DNA of 64,000 nucleotides from Paragordius varius (taxonomy: Eukaryota; Animalia; Nematomorpha): the NCBI GenBank assembly GCA_964247055.1, contig OZ176056.1:620001-684000 (forward strand), written 5' to 3'. The translations under genes and the position numbers were made by a program. The notes under the pieces were generated by a model, which saw nothing but the letters and a program-made list of their open reading frames with translations, did no database searches and was not told the origin of the DNA. Below, piece after piece: positions 40,351-50,660 of this stretch (position 1 is its first letter; every line of letters begins with the position of its first letter).

Positions 40351-41187
40351 CTAATCTATCTTTGGTTTCGTTCTAAAACTATTTGGAATGTTCCGAGTGT
40401 CATATCTGTATATCTGTTTAACCTTATTTTTAATTATTTTAAGTTTGATATTGGTTATTAAAAGCTCATGATCGCTAGAGCAATCGCTGCTTTTGCTTGT
40501 TTTGGTATCAATTATAGAGCTTTTCCATTTTTGAGGGCACATTATGTAATCAATTTGATTCTTATATTTACCACATGGAGAGGTCCATGTGTATAACCTC
40601 CTATTGTGTTGTGGAAACCATGTGTTGGTTATCATCATCTCATTTTCTTGACAAAAATTGATCAGTGCTTCCCCGGCCTCGTTTCGTTCTCCCAATCCAT
40701 ATGGCCCGACTATTTGATCTACTCTACCTCTACCAACTTTGCTGTTCCAATCCCCTCCTATGATAATCATATCTCCTTTCTTCGTTTCATCCAAAACTAT
40801 TTGCAACGTTGCATAAAAGTCCTCTATGTCTTCTTTGGGAGCGTTTGACGTAGGAGCATAGACTACTATGTATGTAAATTTAAGTGGCTTGGCATTCAGC
40901 CTAATACTCATGATTCTGGGTGTATATGGTGTATAACTAATGAGACTTTTATTTAATTTGTTTTTTATTAATACTGCAACGCCTTCAGATTTCTGGTCAT
41001 CTCTCCCCGATCTTAACAATGTATAATTTTCGTTTTGTACTTTCGCGCTACCTTTTTGCTTGGTTTCCGTTAGACCCAGTATATCTATGTTCAATCTTTC
41101 CATTTCCTTTTCAATTATCACTTGTTTGGTTGATGTTAAGGAACGTACATTCCAGCATCCAACTTTGAAAATTCTTGTTAAGTTCAT
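40351..41187 (-). CDS. Apurinic/apyrimidinic-type (APE) endonuclease portion of the RTE ORF (278 aa)
   Basis: ATG at 41187. APE motifs VGCWNVRSL, DILGLTETK, VYAPT, IIGGDWNSKVG, YTWTSP, NQIDYI and SDHELL are present with the catalytic E, D/N, D and H residues intact. Ends at a frameshift-induced TAG. Confidence 0.93.
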   Translation of the reverse strand: MNLTRIFKVGCWNVRSLTSTKQVIIEKEMERLNIDILGLTETKQKGSAKVQNENYTLLRSGRDDQKSEGVAVLIKNKLNKSLISYTPYTPRIMSIRLNAKPLKFTYIVVYAPTSNAPKEDIEDFYATLQIVLDETKKGDMIIIGGDWNSKVGRGRVDQIVGPYGLGERNEAGEALINFCQENEMMITNTWFPQHNRRLYTWTSPCGKYKNQIDYIMCPQKWKSSIIDTKTSKSSDCSSDHELLITNIKLKIIKNKVKQIYRYDTRNIPNSFRTKPKID

Positions 41188-41205
41188 TTAGTAAAACTAT
41201 TTTTT

Positions 41206-41245
41206 GGCAGTAATAAACGAGGGTGGTTTGCCATTGCCTTCCCTC
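41206..41245 (-). promoter_or_regulatory. Predicted pseudoknot in the LINE 5' UTR, 18 nt upstream of the ATG
   Basis: Sense sequence GAGGG AA GGCAA TGG CAAA CCA CCCTC GTTTATTA CTGCC gives interlocked stems GAGGG/CCCTC and GGCA/TGCC around a TGG-CAAA-CCA hairpin. Function is not demonstrated. Confidence 0.6.
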
Positions 41246-41671
41246 TCACTTACCCTCTTTACAAAAAATAAATATCTAGAATAATTAAAATTAAAGAGTA
41301 ATCTTTATAAATGTTGTTAATTTGGATAAATTATAAATATTGATATTTTGCTCTGTCTGGCAATCATAAAGGAAAAATATAAAGAAATTATGGCTAGGCT
41401 AGTAAAAATAAAATAATTAGGCACCAAGGAGTAGAGAAAAAAAAAGAGAGAGATCTGTATAACAATGATTTTTGATGACTTAAAAATTATGTTACTCTTT
41501 AAATTACATACTTAGCATACAAATAAAATAAAAAACTCTACAAAACAAAGAAAAAGATTAATAATTACTAAAAGGAAACCTATTTTTTAAATATATTTAT
41601 AGTATATAATAAAAAATACTATCCTAGAATATCCTCCCGCTTTCAATCAGATGGTTTCAATTTCATACTGT
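41246..41671 (-). other. AT-rich 5' leader of the LINE insertion (5' UTR or 5'-transduced host DNA)
   Basis: It lies inside the TSD pair, is non-satellite and non-coding, and is about 22% GC over 41281-41640. It begins ACAGT and has a 7-codon uORF (41666-41643, MKLKPSD*). Confidence 0.7.
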
Positions 41672-41683
41672 CAGCGATACTTT
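41672..41683 (+). repeat. Target-site duplication, copy at the element 5' end (CAGCGATACTTT)
   Basis: Identical to 38352-38363. Confidence 0.97.
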
Positions 41684-44600
41684 AAAAATTAATAAAACTA
41701 GTCGCATCAATAGTCAAGTTAAACTTTGTCCTTAAAAATCGGATATTGTTCACAGGTAAACAAAATTATTTTTTATACATTATCTTAGTAGGACTACATC
41801 AAAATATAGAGATAGTTTGACAAACTCTTTCATATCCGATTTTTACAGCGATACTTTAAAAATTAATAAAACTAGTCGCATCAATAGTCAAGTTAAACTT
41901 TGTCCTTAAAAATCGGATATTGGTCACAGGTAAACAAAATTATTTTTTATACATTATCTTAGTAGGACTACATCAAAATATAGAGATAGTTTGACAAACT
42001 CTTTCATATCCGATTTTTACAGCGATACTTTAAAAATTAATGTATAAAACTAGTCGCATCAATACTCAAGTTAAACTTTGTCCTTAAAAATCGGATATTG
42101 GTCACAGGTAAACAAAATTATTTTTTATACATTCTCTTAGTAGGACTACATCAAAATATAGAGATAGTTTGACAAACTCTTTCATATCCGATTTTTACAG
42201 CGATACTTTAAAAATTAATAAAACTAGTCGCATCAATACTCAAGTTAAACTTTTTCGTTAAAAATCGGATATTGGTCACAGGTGAACAAAATTAATTTTT
42301 ATACATTCTCTTGGACTACATCAGAATATAGAGATAGTTTGACAAACTCTTTCATATCCGATTTTTACAACGATACTTTAAAAATTAATAAAACTAGTCG
42401 CATCAATAGTCAAGTTAAACTTTGTCCTTAAAAATCGGATATTGGTCACAGGTAAACAAAATTATTTTTTATACATTATCTTAGTAGGACTACATCAAAA
42501 TATAGAGATAGTTTGACAAACTCTTTCATATCCGATTTTTACAGCGATACTTTAAAAATTAATGTATAAAACTAGTCGCATCAATACTCAAGTTAAACTT
42601 TGTCCTTAAAAATCGGATATTGGTCACAGGTAAACAAAATTATTTTTTATACATTCTCTTAGTAGGACTACATCAAAATATAGAGATAGTTTGACAAACT
42701 CTTTCATATCCGATTTTTACAGCGATACTTTAAAAATTAATGTTTAAAACTAGTCGCATCAATACTCAAGTTAAACTTTTTCGTTAAAAATCGGATATTG
42801 GTCACAGGTGAACAAAATTAATTTTTATACATTCTCTTGGACTACATCAAAATATAGAGATAGTATGACAAACTCTTTCATATCCGATTTTTACAACGAT
42901 ACTTTAAAAATTAATAAAACTAGTCGCATCAATAGTCAAGTTAAACTTTGTCCTTAAAAATCGGATATTGGTCACCCGTGAACAAAATTATTTTTTATAC
43001 ATTCTCTTAGTAAGACTACATCAAAATATAGAGATAGTTTGACAAACTCTTTCATATCCGATTTTTACAACGATACTTTAAAAATTAATGTATAAAACTA
43101 GTCGCATCAATACTCAAGTTAAACTTTGTCCTTAAAAATCGGATATTGGTCACAGGTAAACAAAATTATTTTTTATACATTCTCTTAGTAGGACTACATC
43201 AAAATATAGAGATAGTTTGACAAACTCTTTCATATCCGATTTTTACAACGATACTTTAAAAATTAATAAAACTAGTCGCATCAATAGTCAAGTTAAACTT
43301 TGTCCTTAAAAATCAGATATTGGTCACCGGTGAAAAATTATTTTTTATACATTTTCTTAGTAGGACTACATCAAAATATAGAGATAGTTTGACAAACTAT
43401 TTCATATCCGATTTTTACAACGATACCTTAAAAATTAATGTATAAAACTAGTCGCATCAATACTCAATTTAAACTTTGTCCTTAAAAATCGGATATTGGT
43501 CGCCGGTAAAGAAAATTATTTAATATACATTCTCTTAGTAAGACTACATCAAAATATAGAGATAGTTTGACAAACTCTTTCATAATTTTTACAACGAATT
43601 TTTAAAAATTAATGTATAAAACTAGTCGCATCAATACTCAATTTAAACTTTGTCCTTAACAATCGGATATTGGTCACCGGTGAACAAAACTATTTTTTAT
43701 ACACTCTCTTAGTAGGACTACATCAAAATATAGAGATAGTTTGACAAACTCTTTCATATCCGATTTTTACAGCGATACTTTAAAAATTAATGTATAAAAC
43801 TAGTCGCATCAATACTCAAGTTAAACTTTGTCCTTAAAAATCGGATATTGGTCACAGGTAAACAGAATTTTTTATACACTCTCTTAGTAGGACTACATCA
43901 AAATATAGAGATAGTTTGACAAACTCTTTCATATCCGATTTTTACAACGATACTTTAAAAATTAATAAAACTAGTCGCATCAATAGTCAAGTTAAACTTT
44001 GTCCTTAAAAATCGGATATTGGTCACCGGTGAAAAATTATTTTTTATACATTTTCTTAGTAGGACTACATCAAAATATAGAGATAGTTTGACAAACTATT
44101 TCATATCCGATTTTTACAACGATACCTTAAAAATTAATGTATAAAACTAGTCGCATCAATACTCAATTTAAACTTTGTCCTTAAAAATCGGATATTGGTC
44201 GCCGGTAAAGAAAATTATTTTTTTACATTCTCTTAGTAGGACTACATCAAAATATAGAGATAGTTTGACAAACTCTTTCATATCCGATTTTTACAACGAT
44301 ACTTTAAAAATTAATGTATAAAAGTAGTCGCATCAATACTCAAGTTAAACTTTGTCCTTAAAAATCGGATATTGGTCACCGGTTAACAAAACTATTTTTT
44401 ATACACTCTCTTAGTAGGACTACATCAAAATATAGAGATAGTTTGACAAACTCTTTCATATCCGATTTTTACAGCGATACTTTAAAAATTAATGTATAAA
44501 ACTAGTCGCATCAATACTCAAGTTAAACTTTGTCCTTAAAAATCGGATATTGGTCACCGGTTAACAAAACTATTTTTTATACATTCTCTTAGTAGGACTA

Positions 44601-47469
44601 CATCAAAATATAGAGATAGTTTGACAAACTCTTTCATATCCGATTTTTACAGCGATACTTTAAAAATTAATAAAACTAGTCGCATCAATACTCAAGTTAA
44701 ACTTTTTCGTTAAAAATCGGATATTGGTCACAGGTGAACAAAATTAATTTTTATACATTCTCTTGGACTACATCAAAATATAGAGATAGTTTGACAAACT
44801 CTTTCATATCCGATTTTTACAACGATACTTTAAAAATTAATAAAACTAGTCGCATCAATAGTCAAGTTAAACTTTGTCCTTAAAAATCGGATATTGGTCA
44901 CAGGTAAACAAAATTATTTTTTATACATTATCTTAGTAGGACTACATCAAAATATAGAGATAGTTTGACAAACTCTTTCATATCCGATTTTTACAGCGAT
45001 ACTTTAAAAATTAATGTATAAAACTAGTCGCATCAATACTCAAGTTAAACTTTGTCCTTAAAAATCGGATATTGGTCACAGGTAAACAAAATTAATTTTT
45101 ATACATTCTCTTGGACTACATCAAAATATAGAGATAGTTTGACAAACTCTTTCATATCCGATTTTTACAGCGATACTTTAAAAATTAATGTATAAAACTA
45201 GTCGCATCAATACTCAAGTTAAACTTTTTCGTTAAAAATCGGATATTGGTCACAGGTGAACAAAATTAATTTTTATACATTCTCTTGGACTACATCAAAA
45301 TATAGAGATAGTTTGACAAACTCTTTCATATCCGATTTTTACAACGATACTTTAAAAATTAATAAAACTAGTCGCATCAATAGTCAAGTTAAACTTTGTC
45401 CTTAAAAATCGGATATTGGTCACCCGTGAACAAAATTATTTTTTATACATTCTCTTAGTAAGACTACATCAAAATATAGAGATAGTTTGACAAACTCTTT
45501 CATATCCGATTTTTACAACGATACTTTAAAAATTAATGTATAAAACTAGTCGCATCAATACTCAAGTTAAACTTTGTCCTTAAAAATCGGATATTGGTCA
45601 CAGGTAAACAAAATTATTTTTTATACATTCTCTTAGTAGGACTACATCAAAATATAGAGATAGTTTGACAAACTCTTTCATATCCGATTTTTACAACGAT
45701 ACTTTAAAAATTAATAAAACTAGTCGCATCAATAGTCAAGTTAAACTTTGTCCTTAAAAATCAGATATTGGTCACCGGTGAAAAATTATTTTTTATACAT
45801 TTTCTTAGTAGGACTACATCAAAATATAGAGATAGTTTGACAAACTATTTCATATCCGATTTTTACAACGATACCTTAAAAATTAATGTATAAAACTAGT
45901 CGCATCAATACTCAATTTAAACTTTGTCCTTAAAAATCGGATATTGGTCGCCGGTAAAGAAAATTATTTAATATACATTCTCTTAGTAAGACTACATCAA
46001 AATATAGAGATAGTTTGACAAACTCTTTCATAATTTTTACAACGAATTTTTAAAAATTAATAAAACTAGTCGCATCAATAGTCAAGTTAAACTTTGTCCT
46101 TAAAAATCGGATATTGGTCACAGGTAAACAAAATTATTTTTTATACATTCTCTTAGTAGGACTACATCAAAATATAGAGATAGTTTGACAAACTCTTTCA
46201 TATCCGATTTTTACAACGATACTTTAAAAATTAATAAAACTAGTCGCATCAATAGTCAAGTTAAACTTTGTCCTTAAAAATCAGATATTGGTCACCGGTG
46301 AAAAATTATTTTTTATACATTTTCTTAGTAGGACTACATCAAAATATAGAGATAGTTTGACAAACTATTTCATATCCGATTTTTACAACGATACCTTAAA
46401 AATTAATGTATAAAACTAGTCGCATCAATACTCAAGTTAAACTTTGTCCTTAAAAATCGGATATTGGTCGCCGGTAAAGAAAATTATTTTTTTACATTCT
46501 CTTAGTAGGACTACATCAAAATATAGAGATAGTTTGACAAACTCTTTCATATCCGATTTTTACAACGATACTTTAAAAATTGATGTATAAAAGTAGTCGC
46601 ATCAATACTCAAGTTAAACTTTGTCCTTAAAAATCGGATATTGGTCACCGGTTAACAAAACTATTTTTTATACACTCTCTTAGTAGGACTACATCAAAAT
46701 ATAGAGATAGTTTGACAAACTCTTTCATATCCGATTTTTACAGCGATACTTTAAAAAATAATGTATAAAACTAGTCGCATCAATACTCAAGTTAAACTTT
46801 GTCCTTAAAAATCGGATATTGGTCACAGGTAAACAAAATTATTTTTTATACATTATCTTAGTAGGACTACATCAAAATATAGAGATAGTTTGACAAACTC
46901 TTTCATATCCGATTTTTACAGCGATACTTTAAAAATTAATGTATAAAACTAGTCCCATCAATACTCAAGTTAAACTTTGTCCTTAAAAATTGGATATTGG
47001 TCACAGGTAAACAAAATATTTTTTATACATTCTCTTAGTAGGACTACATCAAAATATAGAGATAGTTTGACAAACTCTTTCATATCCGATTTTTACAGCG
47101 ATACTTTAAAAATTAATGTATAAAACTAGTCGCATCAATACTCAAGTTAAACTTTGTCCTTAAAAATCGGATATTGGTAACAGGTAAACAAAATTATTTT
47201 TATACATTATCTTAGTAGGACTACATCAAAATATAGAGATAGTTTGACAAACTCTTTCATATCCGATTTTTACAGCGATACTTTAAAAAATAATGTATAA
47301 AAGTAGTCGCATCAATACTCAAGTTAAACTTTTTCCTTAAAAATCGGATATTGGTCACAGGTGAACAAAATTATTTTTTATACATTCTCTTGGACTACAT
47401 CAAAATATAGAGATAGTTTGACAAACTCTTTCATATCCGATTTTTACAACGATACTTTAAAAATTAATA

Positions 47470-50400
47470 AAACTAGTCGCATCAATAGTCAAGTTAAACT
47501 TTGTACTTAAAAATCGGATATTGGTCACCCGTGAACAAAATTATTTTTTATACATTCTCTTAGTAAGACTACATCAAAATATAGAGATAGTTTGACAAAC
47601 TCTTTCATATCCGATTTTTACAACGATACTTTAAAAATTAATGTATAAAACTAGTCGCATCAATACTCAAGTTAAACTTTGTCCTTAAAAATCAGATATT
47701 GGTCACCGGTGAAAAATTATTTTTTATACATTTTCTTAGTAGGACTACATCAAAATATAGAGATAGTTTGACAAACTATTTCATATCCGATTTTTACAAC
47801 GATACCTTAAAAATTAATGTATAAAACTAGTCGCATCAATACTCAATTTAAACTTTGTCCTTAAAAATCGGATATTGGTCGCCGGTAAAGAAAATTATTT
47901 AATATACATTCTCTTAGTAAGACTACATCAAAATATAGAGATAGTTTGACAAACTCTTTCATAATTTTTACAACGAATCTTTAAAAATTAATGTATAAAA
48001 CTAGTCGCATCAATACTCAATTTAAACTTTGTCCTTAACAATCGGATATTGGTCACCGGTGAACAAAATTTTTTTTATACATTCTCTTAGTAGGACTACA
48101 TCAAAATATAGAGATAGTTTGACAAACTCTTTCATATCCGATTTTTACAACGATACCTTAAAAATTAATGTATAAAACTAGTCGCATCAATACTCAAGTT
48201 AAACTTTGTCCTTAAAAATCGGATATTGGTCGCCGGTAAAGAAAATTATTTTTTTACATTCTCTTAGTAGGACTACATCAAAATATAGAGATAGTTTGAC
48301 AAACTCTTTCATATCCGATTTTTACAACGATACTTTAAAAATTGATGTATAAAAGTAGTCGCATCAATACTCAAGTTAAACTTTGTCCTTAAAAATCGGA
48401 TATTGGTCACCGGTTAACAAAACTATTTTTTATACATTCTCTTAGTAGGACTACATCAAAATATAGAGATAGTTTGACAAACTCTTTCATATCCGATTTT
48501 TACAGCGATACTTTAAAAATTAATGTATAAAACTAGTCGCATCAATACTCAAGTTAAACTTTGTCCTTAAAAATCGGATATTGGTCACATGTGAACAAAA
48601 TTATTTTTTATACATTCTCTTTTACTACATCAAAATATAGAGATAGTTTGACAAACTCTTTCATATCCGATTTTTACAACGATACTTTAAAAATTAATAA
48701 AACTAGTCGCATCAATAGTCAAGTTAAACTTTGTCCTTAAAAATCGGATATTGGTCACTGGTGAACAAAATTATTTTTGATACATTCTCTTAGTAGGACT
48801 ACATCAAAATATAGAGATATTTTGACAAATTCTTTTATATCCGATTTTTACAACGATACTTTAAAAAATAATGTATAAAAGTAGTCGCATCAATACTCAA
48901 GTTAAACTTTATCCTTAAAAATCGGATATTGGTCACCGATTAACAAAACTATTTTTTATACATCCTCTTAGTAGGACTAGATCAAAATATAGAGATAGTT
49001 TGACAAACTCTTTCATATCCGATTTTTACAGCGATACTTTAAAAATTAATGTAAAAAACTAGTCGCATCAATAGTCAAGTTAAACTTTGTACTTAAAAAT
49101 CGGATATTGGTCACCCGTGAACAAAATTATTTTTTATACATTCTCTTAGTAAGACTACATCAAAATATAGAGATAGTTTGACAAACTCTTTCATATCCGA
49201 TTTTTACAACGATACTTTAAAAATTAATGTATAAAACTAGTCGCATCAATACTCAAGTTAAACTTTGTCCTTAAAAATCAGATATTGGTCACCGGTGAAA
49301 AATTATTTTTTATACATTTTCTTAGTAGGACTACATCAAAATATAGAGATAGTTTGACAAACTATTTCATATCCGATTTTTACAACGATACCTTAAAAAT
49401 TAATGTATAAAACTAGTCGCATCAATACTCAATTTAAACTTTGTCCTTAAAAATCGGATATTGGTCGCCGGTAAAGAAAATTATTTAATATACATTCTCT
49501 TAGTAAGACTACATCAAAATATAGAGATAGTTTGACAAACTCTTTCATAATTTTTACAACGAATCTTTAAAAATTAATGTATAAAACTAGTCGCATCAAT
49601 ACTCAATTTAAACTTTGTCCTTAACAATCGGATATTGGTCACCGGTGAACAAAATTTTTTTTATACATTCTCTTAGTAGGACTACATCAAAATATAGAGA
49701 TAGTTTGACAAACTCTTTCATATCCGATTTTTACAACGATACCTTAAAAATTAATGTATAAAACTAGTCGCATCAATACTCAAGTTAAACTTTGTCCTTA
49801 AAAATCGGATATTGGTCGCCGGTAAAGAAAATTATTTTTTTACATTCTCTTAGTAGGACTACATCAAAATATAGAGATAGTTTGACAAACTCTTTCATAT
49901 CCGATTTTTACAACGATACTTTAAAAATTGATGTATAAAAGTAGTCGCATCAATACTCAAGTTAAACTTTGTCCTTAAAAATCGGATATTGGTCACCGGT
50001 TAACAAAACTATTTTTTATACATTCTCTTAGTAGGACTACATCAAAATATAGAGATAGTTTGACAAACTCTTTCATATCCGATTTTTACAGCGATACTTT
50101 AAAAATTAATGTATAAAACTAGTCGCATCAATACTCAAGTTAAACTTTGTCCTTAAAAATCGGATATTGGTCACATGTGAACAAAATTATTTTTTATACA
50201 TTCTCTTTTACTACATCAAAATATAGAGATAGTTTGACAAACTCTTTCATATCCGATTTTTACAACGATACTTTAAAAATTAATAAAACTAGTCGCATCA
50301 ATAGTCAAGTTAAACTTTGTCCTTAAAAATCGGATATTGGTCACTGGTGAACAAAATTATTTTTGATACATTCTCTTAGTAGGACTACATCAAAATATAG

Positions 50401-50660
50401 AGATATTTTGACAAATTCTTTTATATCCGATTTTTACAACGATACTTTAAAAAATAATGTATAAAAGTAGTCGCATCAATACTCAAGTTAAACTTTATCC
50501 TTAAAAATCGGATATTGGTCACCGATTAACAAAACTATTTTTTATACATCCTCTTAGTAGGACTAGATCAAAATATAGAGATAGTTTGACAAACTCTTTC
50601 ATATCCGATTTTTACAGCGATACTTTAAAAATTAATGTAAAAAACTAGTCGCATCAATAC
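47470..50660 (+). repeat. 9-monomer (1586 bp) tandem duplication
   Basis: TTGTAC (47501/49087), ATTGATG (48341/49927), TCACATGTGA (48585/50171) and GTAAAAAACT (49051/50637) all recur at 1586 bp. Confidence 0.9.

Larger units (their letters stand above)
38364..41671 (-). mobile_element. RTE-clade (BovB/RTE-like) non-LTR retrotransposon, 3308 bp, apparently full length
   Basis: APE endonuclease followed by RT, with no ORF1, RNase H or C-terminal CCHC finger. It has FADD catalytic motif, RTE-type C-terminus (LTYFGHVMR...GKVEGQRKRGRPPMRWLD), microsatellite tail, 3' stem-loop, 12-bp TSD and a GAAGGCAATGGCAAACCAC motif in the 5' UTR. Confidence 0.96.
24640..50350 (+). repeat. Central satellite layer with its own variant set and short 6-9-mer HORs; hosts the LINE
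   Basis: Layer-enriched variants: AATTAATAAAAC (4-bp deletion), CTCTTGGAC (4-bp deletion), CATAATTTTT (4-bp deletion), CACCCGTGAAC, GATACCTT, AAACTATTTC, ATCAGATATT, CAGGTAAAC. Periods seen are 1058 (25882/26940), 1406 (29758/31164; 29021/30427) and 4224 (26940/31164; 27131/31355). Confidence 0.8.

Noticed and set aside
38366-40848. Six short plus-strand ORFs overlapping the LINE
   Set aside because: Antisense shadows of the EN/RT frame (hydrophobic F/L/S/I-rich complements of K/E/N codons) with no recognisable domain.
41248-41256. Consensus splice donor AGG/GTAAGT on the element sense strand, and a possible 42-nt GT-AG intron at 41579-41538
   Set aside because: Isolated short matches are expected in AT-rich DNA, and a retroposed copy would normally have lost a real intron. 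There is no transcript evidence.
41206-41260. Canonical HDV-like, hammerhead or twister ribozyme in the 5' UTR
   Set aside because: No P1.1, P4 or catalytic J4/2 cytosine on either strand; no CUGANGA/GAAA hammerhead core; no twister consensus seen. Reported only as a pseudoknot.
41633-41651. CENP-B-box-like string TCTGATTGAAAGCGGGA (minus strand) at the LINE 5' end
   Set aside because: The A and CGGG positions match, but the essential TTCG half is broken (6 of 9 core positions). No CENP-B box was seen in the satellite.
48584-48594. GTCACATG matches yeast CDEI (RTCACRTG); the consensus CAGGTG is an E-box
   Set aside because: The CDEI match is a point variant in two copies only, and the E-box lies in the most variable part of the monomer and is often lost.
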